A DNA stretch of 64,000 bases from Paramecium tetraurelia (taxonomy: Eukaryota), in contig CT868196.1 in assembly GCA_000165425.1 (NCBI GenBank), forward strand, positions 186,001 through 250,000. The letters run 5' to 3'. The translations under genes were made by a program, and so were the position numbers. A model generated the notes under the pieces. That model was not told the DNA's origin and ran no database searches. It saw only the letters and a list, made by a program, of their open reading frames with translations. Shown here piece by piece: positions 1-15,244 of the stretch; the first letter of the stretch is position 1; the number at the start of each line of letters is the position of its first letter.

Positions 1-1201
1 CCAAATTTATTAACAAATCAAAATCTTTCTTTATAAGAAGGATCCTTTATCGGTTATTTGTGAAAAAAGTATTCTTCTAAAACTGAGAGAAATTATTTAA
101 TGAGGTTAAAACAAATTTTTTTACTTTTACACATATCTAGAAATGCGATATTTTCTATCTTCTTAGGATAAAGTTAAAGAACTATGTTTTAATCTAATTT
201 TCAACTTTTTAACCCCAAAATCCTCCACTTAGAATATAAACTGTTTTGTGATGTAACTGACATATAAAAAATATTTCGGTTACATCAAGTACATAATATT
301 TTTTTTTTTTAATATTCATCTACAAAAAGATATCTATATTGACAATATAGATTTTGAACATGAAAGCATTGGAAAAATAGAAAATAAGACATATTCCCAG
401 TTGTTTTTAAGGTTGACACATATAAAATATAATTTTAGAATTAATATACTTTATCTTGTCATAACTTTTTTAATATTACCAAAGAGGTTGTCTATAAGAA
501 TCCTCTTATTTTTTCATATACTAGAATTCAATATTTAGAATTTTCTTCTTAACATTTCATGAAGGTGTAAAATAATTACAATTAATTTATATTTAAATAA
601 AATTCTCAATAATTAATATACCTTCTTTCAGTCGTTAAATTATCCAACCCATTTATTAAATAAGAGTATATTTTTATTTTATTTTAATTTAATTTGTTTT
701 ATGTTTTTTTAACTATTTAACAATTACTTAAAATTTAGTTAATAGGTCATCAAATTCAAATTTGTCTCTTAATAAGATTTTTTCATGGAATTCCTTTTAG
801 ATAAGAATGTTGTTTAAAGATTTCAAATTATTCAGATATTGAACTTACTGATCATCGATTTGTGTTAACTTATTCTTACAACTAATTATATGATTGCACA
901 AAATTAGGAATTTTTAATCTAATTTTTCTAAATTTCTTTTTATAAGGTATGGTTGAGGATTTTCTTTATTATAAGATGTCTCTGCGATTGTTTTTGCAAT
1001 CTACAACATTTTATTTGGCTAAGTATTTATCAAGAATTATTCAATATAGAAGCTAATTATTTGATATTAATTGATTTTAATGAATAGCATTTTATTTTTT
1101 TTCTTTGGTTCTACCTTAATTCACAATCATTCTTCTCTCAACTAACTTATAAACAATTAACAAGAAATAAATGACAAAAGTCATGCATTAATTAATTATT
1201 T

Positions 1202-2920
1202 ATGCTATAATTATTTTTACTCATTGTTATTGCTAAGAGTTAAATAAATTTAGTTTGGCAGATATATAATCCAGATAGTGGATTAACATCGTAGGATTAA
1301 TCAATAACTTTTGGATAATACAATAAAGAAATAAGAGTTTGGCCTTCAGATGGAAGCTCTTTTAAGAGTGAATTTTAATTATCCGGCAACTTGCCTATGA
1401 GTCCTCAATTTCCTATTGCAAGAATAAATAGTAAATACGTAAGCTTTTACGTTGGGATAACAGAAAATAGTGGATCCACTCTTAGCTTATCTAAAACTAC
1501 AAACTCGTAATATTAGTTCTCCTAGAATGCAATTACTTTTGTGCCATCCTCTAAACAGTGTGTATTAACTCCATCCGCTGATTTTAATACAATTCCTATA
1601 GGAGGGAAAAGGTAATTAACGTTAGATTTCATCAATTGTATACCAATTACAGGTTTATAGATTAAAGTGTTATATGAAACAATTAGTAAGACAATAATCC
1701 AAAAAAACAGAGAGAGATTTGCTTTCATAGAAGTGTCTTCCTTAAATGCAGCTGTAGACACTTCCATTTCTATATCATTCTAAGTGAATTCAACTTATTA
1801 TCTGATTAGCACAATAACACTAAAGGTGGTTGCAAATTCATAATCTCTTCCTGTTTCTTCGATAGTCAATAAAAATAGCGGAACTTGTACTGGAGCATAA
1901 GCGGTATTCACATTTAATTGTGGAAAGAAATCAATGCTCTATTATAGTTATTCGTATTAGAATTAAGCAATAGATATAACCAAAATAAAGGAATAACTGC
2001 TATTAAATAGATTAGGAAAATAATATACAAATGTAAATACTTATGAAGGTTATGGATAATCCTTAATGGCCGATAATTCAAATAAAGATATAACTCTGAC
2101 TGGATTAAGAAGCAATACAGTTTATACTATTTTGGCTATTTGCGAAGATGAATTATATTAATAGTCATAATCAGCAATATCATTTAATCGATGTGATAGC
2201 CAATAAACTATAAAGAAGATATAAATATAATCTTATCAATAATTTCAGACAATAAATTTGAGAGATATTGCTTGTGATCTTATGCTATAATTATCTTTAA
2301 AATAGAATTAAGTGAGTAGTGCAGATGGCATATTTTGTAATTAGATTGCATAATCAAAGATTAATGGAAATAAACAATATTACATTCCTTAAGTCAGTTA
2401 AACACAATTATCTACTTACACCTTTTTTGTATATCCAGATTATGCAACTACTTATGATTATACTGTCAATAGTGTCTCAATTTCTCAATATGAAATTTAA
2501 AAACAAACTATTGAAAAGATCATTCCCAAATTTCCAACTGTTAATTAGGAATTTTTTATTGCTGATGAAAATTTCTTAAATTTCACAATTACACTAAAAA
2601 CAGATGGATTCATTTCAATTGGATTAGACTTATTGTAAACCTCTCTTCCTGATTAATATTAATTTTCAAATGGATTAAATTATCTAAACAATCCATTCAT
2701 CAAGTTTTATAGGAAGTTCCTAATAGCAAATGAATAATATTGGTTTTAGTTTAAATTGAGTGATAAAAATGATTATTAGTTAATATATTAACTTGCATCA
2801 AACCCCTCAGATGGAGCTTAATATTCTCCTTTACAGGTGAGGAAATTTACATTAGTGCAAATGCAAGAAATTTACAATATTATTATTTGTTTGAGTTTTA
2901 TAATGTTTTTTAATCTTTGA
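1202..2920 (+). CDS. Secreted or GPI-anchored surface protein, ~572 aa, beta-rich (FN3/Ig-like segments), intronless
   Basis: Open frame with TAA/TAG=Gln from ATG 1202 (signal peptide MLQLFLLIVIAKSQ) to TGA 2918-2920; FN3-like ITLTGLRSNTVYTILAICED; hydrophobic C-terminus IYNIIICLSFIMFFNL*. Confidence 0.8.
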
Positions 2921-3395
2921 AATAATAATAATATTATATAAGATATTAATTTCTTTTATAATCTATGTATGCTAACTTGTTATCCTTAAAATCCTTATAG
3001 ACCTCCAATTATAATTGTAATTTTTCATAATTGAAAATAATCAATAGAATTGGTATATTAGAAATCCATATAAGAAAATAAGGACCTATATAATGAATTC
3101 AATTGTTTTGGTAACATAAATACATAAACCTAAAAATTTCAAATTTAAAATAATCTTTCTATATTCATATACAAACTTGATCATTTAAGCTCGGAATATA
3201 GTTGTTTATTTCTAGATGTTTACTTATAATATTTTACTAGAAATTAAAGTCTGATACTCTAATTTAGTATATAAGAAATCAATAATTCTGAATTTGAAAA
3301 ATTAAGGCGTATTTGATGACATGAGAATAATCGAAATTGGTCATTTTAATTATTAAAAATGATTGATGTAAGAGATAATTAATTTATTAATTTTG

Positions 3396-5447
3396 ATGAA
3401 ATTAGTGATTATACTTTTGCTTTGTCATATGCTATATTGTGTGGATGTTGATAAAAACACCTTCTCAAATTACAAGGACGTGAAAACACAACATCTTCAC
3501 ATAGAGTGGCTGTTGAATCTGAATGATAAAGTAGTTGATGGATCGGTTGAATACACATTGAAGGTTTTTGCAAATTAATTGAGTGAAGTAAGAGAAATGT
3601 GCTAAAGTAGGTTCATTTGGACATTTATAAAATGAATATCCTGTTTATCTATTATCCAAGCAATGGTCAAGTGTTGAAGTATCATGTAGAATCTGATCCA
3701 ATTCAGAAAGATGAATAAGGGGATAAATTGGTGATCGAATTAGGGTAGGTGTACAAATATGGTGAAATTGTGAAATTCAGAATCAAGTATCAAATTGGTG
3801 AGGATGCTAGAGCACTTAGCTTTATGGATCCATCATAAACAGATGATAAAAGTATATAGAATAATCATTATGATTAGAGGCTCCATATTTATTTTCATAA
3901 TGCGAAGCCAACAATTGTAGATCGATGATTCCATTACAAGATACTCCAAGCATCAAATTTACATATTCAGCCACAGTGATCACTCAATCACCATTGATAA
4001 ATGTGTTTATGAGTGGAAATAGATTGCAAACTCAGAAATTCGAATTGATGGGCAACTATGAAATGAATTCCATTGCCAATATCTTTCAATTTGAATTAAA
4101 CATCAAGATTCCAGCTTATTTGATAGCTATTGTAGCAGGTACAGTGGAGGAAAGATCAACTGGAGCAAGAACAGCCGTTATCTCTGAATCTAAAAATATT
4201 CAGAAATACAAAGACGAATTAGAAGACTTAGATCAATATGTGTAGTACCTTGAAGATTATATTGGTGAATATAAATGGGGATCCTATAAGATCGTGATCT
4301 TACCAGCTTCATTCCCTTTCGGAGGTATGGAGAATCCACTCTTAACCTTTGCCAATCCTACAATTATAGTTGGAGATAAGAGTGGAGTGAGTGTTGCTGT
4401 CCATGAAATCGCTCATTCTTGGTTTGGAAATACAATCACATGCAACAATTGGTCAAATATGTGGATTAATGAAGGATTTTGTGTTTTTCTAGAAAGAAAA
4501 GGGTTGAAGACATTGTTCAAGGATATCAATTTGGTTCATGTTAATTCTTAGGTTGGAAATAATGAAATGAATGCATTGATCAAAGAGTTCAACTCCAGTC
4601 AAGATGACTTTGTCAAATCATATGCTAGTTTACATCCAAAGACTGAAAATCACAATGCTGATGATAGTTTTAGTGTAACTAATTCATGTTATATGTTAGA
4701 CTATTCCTTATGAAAGAGGATTCCAGTTATTGTATTACCTTGAAAAGTAAATCAATGAAACCAGATTCTAGCAATTATTGAAGGCTTGGTTATAAGAGTA
4801 TGAATATAAGAGTGCAGATGAAAGTGATTTCTATAGATTCATGATATTGTGGTTAAAGGTTTAGTTGAGTGCTGAAGAGTTCACAACTGTTAAAAAGAGC
4901 ATTGATAATGTCTACACTAAATGGGTTTATGATTATGGTTAACCACCCATTTAAGAGACTTTTGAGAACCCTGCATCCAAAGATGTGCTCCAATTAGTGA
5001 ATGCATGGATTGAAGGCAAGGGAACTAAACCTTAAAACTATCAAATCTTTGATGGCTTTAAATCAAATCAAAAACAATTATTCTTGTCCTCCTTAACAGA
5101 GAAATCTAAGGATATTACAGAGGCAATTATGGTCTCTTTAGAAGATGCTTATCATCTAAGTGATTTGCGTGATGCTGAATTGTTGTTTAGATGGTATGCT
5201 CTTTCTATTAACACCAAATATGCTAAGGATACAACAAATCTATAAAAAATTAAGGCCTTTGTTGGAGTTGTCGGAAGAATGAAGATGGTGAATCCAATTT
5301 ACAAGGCCTTAAATAAGTAACAGATTTTGTATTATGTTTAATAGGGAAACTGCGACCTAATGGTACCAGGAGAATTATGCATTCTATCATCCATTGACCA
5401 GACAATCGATAGAGAGCATTATAAAGAGTAAAACTATAATAGAATGA
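3396..5447 (+). CDS. M1 family zinc aminopeptidase (leukotriene A4 hydrolase-like) with signal peptide; tiny introns
   Basis: GGMEN, HEIAHSWFGN...WINEG zinc motif, PYERGF, C-terminal VGRMKMV; N-terminus MKLVIILLLCHMLYC. Confidence 0.95.
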
Positions 5448-5463
5448 TATCAACATTAAATAT

Positions 5464-6922
5464 TCATTATTTATCTCTTCTAATTGGACTTAATTGGGGG
5501 GAATAGAAATTGTTATCTTTCTATTTCGGAATGATGAGTTTCTGACTTGTAAAGTCTCGAGCGGTCAACTAGAATACTTTGCCAATCGTAGCCGTAAAAT
5601 GAGGTAGCTGATTAACAAGAGGAGATGAGTCCCAATTTTCATCATTGATTGAGAAGAGAGATTCATTATAAAAGTAACTACTTTGTAAGGCAGCTTTGGC
5701 TGTTATTCGTTCATCTGGATTCTTCCTTAGCATTGAATGCAGTAATTTTATTGCATTCTGATTGCTATGCTGTTCTTACTTAACACTAAAGTCAATTAAG
5801 CATTATTTATTTTTATGGAGTAATTCATCGTATGTTCTGCCCTTAAATACATTTTTCCCTGTTATTCTATATTATAAATTTTATTAATCGTACAATCTAT
5901 AAAAGATGCATCCACAACTAAAGATATCGCAACTCTCAGATTACTGATTTCTGACTGCGGAGTTCAAAATTTCTGGAGCCACATATCCTGGAGTACCACA
6001 TTTATAAAATAAGTATCTGTTGATCTTAGTAAATGTAGATAACCCAAAGTCTATTAAGGTGATCGTATCAAAATTATCTTATTCAGCCAGCATCAAATTG
6101 TCTGGCTTAATATCTCTATGTATGATCTAATTTTTAATTTAAATAAATTAAATGTACTCCAACTGAATGCAAGTAATTTACTCCTTCCAGTAGTCTTCTC
6201 ATGATTTACAAGATTTGTTTGCTTGTTAACTTCTTTTGAACTTCTCCTTACTGATTTTCTAGATATGTAGACAATGATTGTCCACTCAATAATCTCATAA
6301 CAATATAGAAAGCATATTGGCTCTAATAAATTTCGATAATCTGAGAACAGTAGATGGAGTCCTTGACCTTCAATAATATTTCGATTTCTTGTTCCAGAGA
6401 AGCCTACGAATATAGGAATTGATTGTCTACATAATTTAAAGGTTTGAGAGTTGTTTTATCAATTATTTTGATCGCAACAAATCTGTGGGTAAATTTGCAG
6501 AAGGCTTTCACCACTCTGGATGAAGCCCCCTTCCCGATTTACTCTTTAAAGTCGTAGAATTCATAAACATTATAAAAACTTACTTTGCAAGCAAGTAACT
6601 CTTTAAATCTAAGGAAAAGACATTTTTTACTTAAAAAGAATAGAACTATCGTCACTATAGAACTTTTTCTACTTGTTACCTACATGTATGATGAATCCGC
6701 AGAGTCTGTCGGTTTTGGTTATCCATCCCACAGTTGCATTCAGTCGGATCCTTAAAATATATTTGAGGTTCCGTTCACAATTAAAAAGCTAAACGTAGCC
6801 ATTGAAATTACTTTGAACATACACACAGTGTCTCCGTTGAACGTTATTTAATAAGGTTGGTTAGTAATGAGGTTTTTGCTGTAGGTTAGAAAGTTGAGTA
6901 TTTCAGTGTTAATGTTATTCAT
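5464..6922 (-). CDS. Ser/Thr protein kinase (CAMK group) with N-terminal extension
   Basis: Minus strand GKGASSRV, VAIK, HRDIKPDN, DFG, CGTPGYVAPE; stop after SPIRRDKQ. Confidence 0.93.
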
Positions 6923-6933
6923 TTATATTAAAA

Positions 6934-7871
6934 ATGAAAAAGCAAACGAAAGGAGAGCCTGATCTTTTGATTGAGTCGATGCAGAAACTCATAGAGTAAG
7001 TGTGTTAATCTATTTAATGAGTCATATGAACGATAGTAAGCAACATCAAGAGGAGATATTTCAATCCCTTACCCCTACAGATGTTCAAAAAATACTAACC
7101 AATTTTGAGGATAAAAACTAATTAATGAGGAAGACTTCAGCAGCCTTTTTATGTGAACTTGTTTTTGACAATCCCACAGTGCAAAAAGGATTTTGCGAGA
7201 TTTCAAACATTCTGCCAATGGATGGCAAAGTAAGCATCTGATAAAATTAGATTTGTGTAAACAAAATCCCATAATCATTGTTGAGTCAAGCCAAACATTT
7301 GCCAGAGATCTTCGAGACAATTAAGAGTGCTTAGATCCCATTTGATAACGAATTAAATTATCCTTTGTGTTGGTATTTTGAAAATTAGAGAGACAAGGTG
7401 TGGAAGAAAGGTGTAAAATTCATCAAGTTTGAAAAAAGCAGCAATGGTGCAAAGACAAGAATTGAGAAGTTCATCGATCCATAGTTACACCTCTTTGGTT
7501 TCATAATTGCAAACAAAAAGGAAATCTAATCTCAAGATGAAATAAAGAAAGCCACAGTTTAGACTAGACAATAGTAGAGTGTTTCAACTTATGAATCAAA
7601 TGTGAAGCGAATTCCCAATGTTTAGAAGATGAGACCTAACTCAGGACAATCCCCAATCCAATCAGTTAGTCCTCTCATTAAAAGACAGAGAGGAATGAAT
7701 GCCTCGGTGGATTATGATACAAGTGGAACTAAATCATCTCTTGGGAAAACAATGATAGAAACAGAATAATTATAGACAATCAATGAGATTGATAGACCTA
7801 AATCGAAATTGGATTCTAAGAAGAGTACAACTAACAATAATATTTCAAATATCTAGAAGAGATTTAAATGA
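6934..7871 (+). CDS. Hypothetical protein (helical N-terminal half, Ser/Lys-rich tail), 2 introns
   Basis: MKKQTKGEPDLLIESMQKLI; 26- and 21-nt GT..AG introns restore the frame; TGA at 7869-7871. Confidence 0.8.
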
Positions 7872-7902
7872 TTATATTTTAATAACTAATAATAAATATA
7901 AA

Positions 7903-8290
7903 ATGGCTGGTGTTTTAAAGACAGTTGGTGACTATTTTGAATTAGACAAGTATCAAAATGAGATAGCTCCATTCGTAAAGGAGAACTATGATATGTTATA
8001 AAAGATGGTTTAGACTAAAGAGAAGGAATGTTTGAACAAGAATTTAGATAATGAGTAGAAATACATTGAATGTATGTAAAAGTCTGCTGAGCGATCAGAA
8101 AGAGCATTAAAAAAACTTGGTAATTAGTTGATTATAATGCTGAGAATATGGAATTATGTATTGGAAATAAAAAACATACGAGTGTTTTCATAATGAAGCC
8201 TACAAAGATAAGGAATTTAAGAATTTTGAGAGATGCAAACCAATTGCTAATCGAGAATTATAAGAAGTCTTTTCAAGTTTTAGGTTGTGA
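7903..8290 (+). CDS. Small helical protein with two Cys pairs; possibly FAM136A/DUF842-like mitochondrial intermembrane-space protein
   Basis: MAGVLKTVGDYFELDKY...KECLNKNLDNEQKYIECMQKS...YECFHNEAYKDKEFKNFERCKP; one intron; family call is a weak resemblance. Confidence 0.8.
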
Positions 8291-8330
8291 ATAATGATGT
8301 TCATTAAATATAAATTTTATTAAAAAAGAT

Positions 8331-10342
<2,012 letters not shown>

Positions 10343-10374
10343 GTATTAATAACAATTACATAAATAATTATTAT

Positions 10375-11203
10375 ATGATCAATTTTATTCACATAATTCT
10401 TTTCACATTAGTCTCCGCCAAAACTAATGAAGAAGAATTGAGAGAAGCAGCTTGTGTTATATTTTCCAGATATATACTACAGATCCATTCACAATAAGCC
10501 AGCCCGCAAATTGGAAAATTGATTAAGGAATAGAATTATAATTAGGATGATGCCATTTATGTAGTCTAAGCATCAGCACTTGACAAATGCTTAATTAATG
10601 TCAAACAAAGAGAAGTCACTAGAGTATTCTATATCTCCTATATTCTAAGATATTAGATGGATTACAAAATTAACAATTAGACATCGAAAAATATATCCAT
10701 CTTCATGAAAATATTTAATATGACAGATTTATCAACAATTAAAAAGAAGTAGCTAAACTCAATCAATTAATTGAAATCATCAAGGATGTTGAAGAATTAA
10801 TACAGACTTAATGGGTCAAGAGACCTGAAGTTGAAAAGAGAAGATAAGAATAAATAGAGTCTGAGGAAATGGATCAAGAAATTATTAGTCAATTGAATGA
10901 AGTCCCCATTGTGGAATAATTTGATCTCACCAAATTTTCATTGAAACACATACTTCTTAAAAATAAGGAATATCTGATTTTTGCAATGTTCATTTTAGTG
11001 CCCATTGTTTTATTACTAAATGGTACTTAATCTTATTAATTTCAGTTTGTTGCAAGACTAATCCTAAAAAAGATAAGAAAAAATCTGAAAAGAATGAAAA
11101 AAAGGATTCTACTTAATCCAAAAATGAAAATGAAGATAATAAGAAATCCTCCAAAGCTAAAAATAGTGATAAATCTGAGAAAAATAAAAAAAAAGAAGAA
11201 TGA
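10375..11203 (+). CDS. Type I membrane protein with signal peptide, one TM helix and C-terminal dilysine (KKXX) ER-retrieval motif
   Basis: MINFIHIILFTLVSA signal; TM YLIFAMFILVPIVLLL; ends KSEKNKKKEE*. Confidence 0.82.
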
Positions 11204-12128
11204 GTAGCATATTTAAATATTTATGTTACTAAAAATTATTAAAGATATCTATGTAGCTTTCTTAAACTAAACTTATAAAATTTATTTCAATATAATATAC
11301 TTTAAATCGTATATAAATTAAGAATCCAAAATCTAATATATTTTTAATAGACCATCTTCACATTTATATTAATCTTGCAATGGAGATTGTATAACAATAA
11401 TTCATTTTTAATATAATAAAAAAATATATATTATTAACAATATTAAAAATAATAATTGATTTCCAAAATTTTATTCTTCTCAAAAAATTTGCCTTAATCT
11501 ATCTTTGAATCCTTTTTTTATCTAGCCCTTAGAGACCAATTACAATTTATTAATTGAAAAAATCATTAAATTTATCATTAACTAGCTATTATTTTTTAGT
11601 TCTTCAATGCTGGCTTAAATTTTATTCACCCAATTACTTCAATTTAATACTCATAGCCAAAAAGTATTTTTTCTTATTAAAATATAAATCTGCTCAATTT
11701 CAATCTTGAGGTCCGCTTAATTGTCATCAAGACTTTTATGGATATAAGTATAAGATAGTAAATAATAAATTCATGATCAAGTGGAAATAAGGGGAAACTA
11801 AATTAAATATTTTGGAGATGGCTTAACATTGAAGTTTAATTTAACTCATAACACAAAAATATATATGAAAAATCAAAATTTTATTCTTTAACTTTTTATT
11901 CTATGCAGTTAATATTTTTACACTACAGTTCATTTTGTAGGATCTAGTGTATTCGACTAATTGACTAATCAATCCCAATTGGGATTAATTTGTCTTCACC
12001 CCCTAAACGTTTTTCCCAAGAGAAAAGATAAACAAGAGGAGGAGTTAAAAACTTAAGAGCTGATGTATACTCTATTTGTTATATATATAAAATATAAGTT
12101 AGTTATTTTTAATAATAATTATTATTAA

Positions 12129-13209
12129 ATGGAGCATCATTTATATATAGAGAAAATAACTGAGGAGAGGAGAATTCGAGACGAATAGTAAAATTTTAAT
12201 TTAGGTTCCTAAGACGCACACAAAGACTATAGGAGGAGGAGAAAAACAAAGAACAATCACTTTAGAAACTTGAGTCAATTAGATTATAATAATTATAAGA
12301 ACTTTAGGATTCTCGTAGACTGTAATCCAAATTGAATATTTCATTTATTTTATTGAAATCGGATGAGAGAAACCAAAAAGTAAAGGAATAGAATAAAAGA
12401 GTCAAACAATTATTAGAGAAATTTAGATAAGAAAAATTATAATAAGAAACTCAGAAAAAGTAGTTGGAAGAGCAGAGAGAAGAAGAGATCAAATAAAAAC
12501 TACTTTAGATAAAGGAAAAGTTTAAAGTGTTGTCCACCGATGAAATAAAGGAACATTAAAATCAATATAAGAAATATTAAGAGGAACATTAGTAATAATT
12601 GGAAAACCTTCGAGTTCAAAAGAAATCATAAGAAACTTATTTTTCTCAATAGGTTTAATCTAGAATAAGGAGTAGAACATATTAATCTTAACTTGATATG
12701 ATGAAAGAAGAGGAATAAAAGAGAAAGGAAAGTGAAGAACGAATAAGAAACCAAATAAAACACAGATTTGCCTATGATCAAATTGTTAAAGAAAACTTCT
12801 TGCCAAAAATATCGCATAGTATTGATCAATCAACTCATACGATAATCAATAAAAAATAATAAAATCAAATATCTCCAATAAAAAGTGACTCTAAGATTTT
12901 AGGCAATCAGTACTTGAGATAGATCCGAAAATTACCAAAAAGACCCAGAATTTAATCATAGATGGGCGTTGATTAATCATCATCTTCAACATTAAGGCGA
13001 GATTACCTTTCAGAAATTCGATAACATTCAAAGAGAAAGACTCCTTAAGCCCCAATCGATATTAAATTGCAAGCAGATATGTAAGGAATTATTATTAATA
13101 ATGAAGGTTGGAAAGAGAGTCTAGATAAGCATACACAAAGAATAAGCTAAAAGGCGATTAACTGTTGATGGACTCGATAAAACAAAAAATGCTATTGTTA
13201 GAAATATGA
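12129..13209 (+). CDS. Coiled-coil Glu/Gln/Lys-rich hypothetical protein
   Basis: MEHHLYIEKITEERRIRDEQFLRRTQRLQEEEK after removing a 17-nt GT..AG segment (12188-12204); 26-nt intron near the end; ends QLLMDSIKQKMLLLEI*. Confidence 0.8.
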
Positions 13210-13231
13210 ATATTATGATACTATTTTAAGT

Positions 13232-13712
13232 TCACTCATTTAAAACCAAAATTGACAATTTTCTTAATTCCTGCATATATAAATCCGAAGCCCCATAATT
13301 CTAACTCCTTAATGATTGAACTAAATGTTAAATCTTTTCAACTGGCACAATTTCATTAAGTGTTTTCTTGGGTATCATCAAACTATTAAACTACAATATA
13401 ACACTACCTAGAATTGACAGCATTCAATTCAAGACTTGACCTTTAGAAAGATAATCTTCCTGGAGAATGTTTTGAATATTATTTGGCTCTTAACGGAGAT
13501 TATTAAGGAGTCACTTACTATGTCCTGGGAGATTTTGGAGATTGAGTTGTCTTTGCTAAGGGTTTCCATGTGATGATCCCTTTTTCTTTTACCTACTAAA
13601 TTGGGTTCTTTTAATTTTAAAATCTAGTAAATAACTAATCTTTAACATCTTTTCTCAATTATTGCATTGAACCATATTACTAATTGCTTAGCATGAATGA
13701 ACTCTATTGCAT
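13232..13712 (-). CDS. Hypothetical protein (~150 aa, SP/TP-rich)
   Basis: MQQSSFMLSN...KGIITWKPLAKTTQSPKSPRT...YMQELRKLSILVLNE*; one 25-nt intron. Confidence 0.7.
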
Positions 13713-14042
13713 TAATTATTAAATATAATAACAGATAAATTGTATTAATATTATTCAAGAGTTTTACAACCATTACTGAAAATTTCACTCTAAATCTATT
13801 AGCGAAAATAGATTATCTCTTAAATTGATTACCCTTAAATGTATGAGAAAAAGACCAATAATTTATGAATTCTTTCAGCTGCGTACATAAACATTTGGAA
13901 AATGTTTTAATCCACCAATTTGTTCCATCATAATTTTTTATATATATAATTGTTTTTCTATATTACGCAAAATTGAATATATCTAGTACATTTTATTTGT
14001 TGAATATATATTTATTTATAGAAAACATACACATAGTTGAAA

Positions 14043-15170
14043 ATGGCTGATATACTTACTCCTAATGATATAAATTAGATCCCAAAGGTTTAACTACAAG
14101 ACCAAATGGCATCTCAGAACTAAGCACCTGCTGTACCATAAGCATAACAAAACAATCCCATTTTTGTATATCCTCCTCAAATGTAATCACAAAATCAAGT
14201 GTTTTATGCTAAAAATCAAGTCCAACCTATCTAGTACCCACAATTATAACAACCTCAGCTATATCTTTAATAACCTTTATTACCAAATTAATAATAACAA
14301 TTACTTTAACCCTAGACAACCTAAAAACAGGATCCTTTGAAGCACTAGAAGCTAAGCAACGCTGGCTATATGGAGAGAAGACATTTTAACATGTCAGTCT
14401 TAAAATATTTCTTGTTCTTTCAAGCCTTTGCTCTCCTTTTGTGTTTATGTTCTTATAGGAACGGCTTCGTAAAGCTTTCATACAACTTGAATGGGTATTT
14501 CAAATTACCCTTCTACATTTTTGTTTCTGTAATGAGCTTGTCCTTATTGTATTCATACACAGCCCACAAAAGGTTAAGGGATAAACAACTTAGATTAATT
14601 TTGGTCGTGGCTTATACGTTGTCCTATGGATTTTTCTTTTAAGCTATTTACTCCTCTACTTATTATTACGATAATTCCAATTACTATGGAAGTCATCTGA
14701 GAACCTTCAGTGGTGATAATGAGATTGTAATTATCATACTGTGCTTCATCAATCTTGAAACTTATTCCTTATTTTCCTATTGCATGTAGGAAGTTGAACA
14801 ACTAAGCATAAAAAGTTAAAATTAATAATTATATTTTAGAGTCATTCTGGTACATAGTTTTACCAAATGTCACTTTCGGAGGTATTCTGTTCTCTCTTTA
14901 TTACAACTACGACATATTATGTATAATGACAGTAGTGAGTTGCTGTTATGGATTTTATCTCTAATTTACACTAAAGAGAATGATCGAATCTAAGAAAGTA
15001 CATTTTCAATCATATTTTAGTTTAAATTAAGATCAGATGATGGTCAATTTGCTGCAGTTTTGTTTAGCTTCCTATTATTGGTTCCATTCTTTGATTTGAA
15101 ATCCTTGAGCAATAAATAACAAGTGAAGAAACCCCAAAGTCAAAATTCTGAATAGAAAAATGTACAATGA
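14043..15170 (+). CDS. Multi-pass membrane protein with Gln/Pro-rich N-terminus; divergent TMBIM/Lifeguard (Bax inhibitor-1)-like
   Basis: Q/P-rich N-terminus, then ERRHFNMSVLKYFLFFQAF and about 6-7 hydrophobic segments ending FKLRSDDGQFAAVLFSFLLLVPFF. Confidence 0.8.
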
Positions 15171-15244
15171 GGAAAATTATAAAACAATATTCATAATTTA
15201 TATCACTATTAAGTTATATACATATCTATTAATATAATTATCTA

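Noticed and set aside
1..1170. Possible gene in the first 1.1 kb
   Set aside because: Only short TGA-terminated frames without recognisable motifs; could be a remnant but unsupported
11971..11986. Perfect 16-bp palindrome AATCCCAATTGGGATT
   Set aside because: Single copy; palindromes of this length can occur by chance in 64 kb of AT-rich DNA
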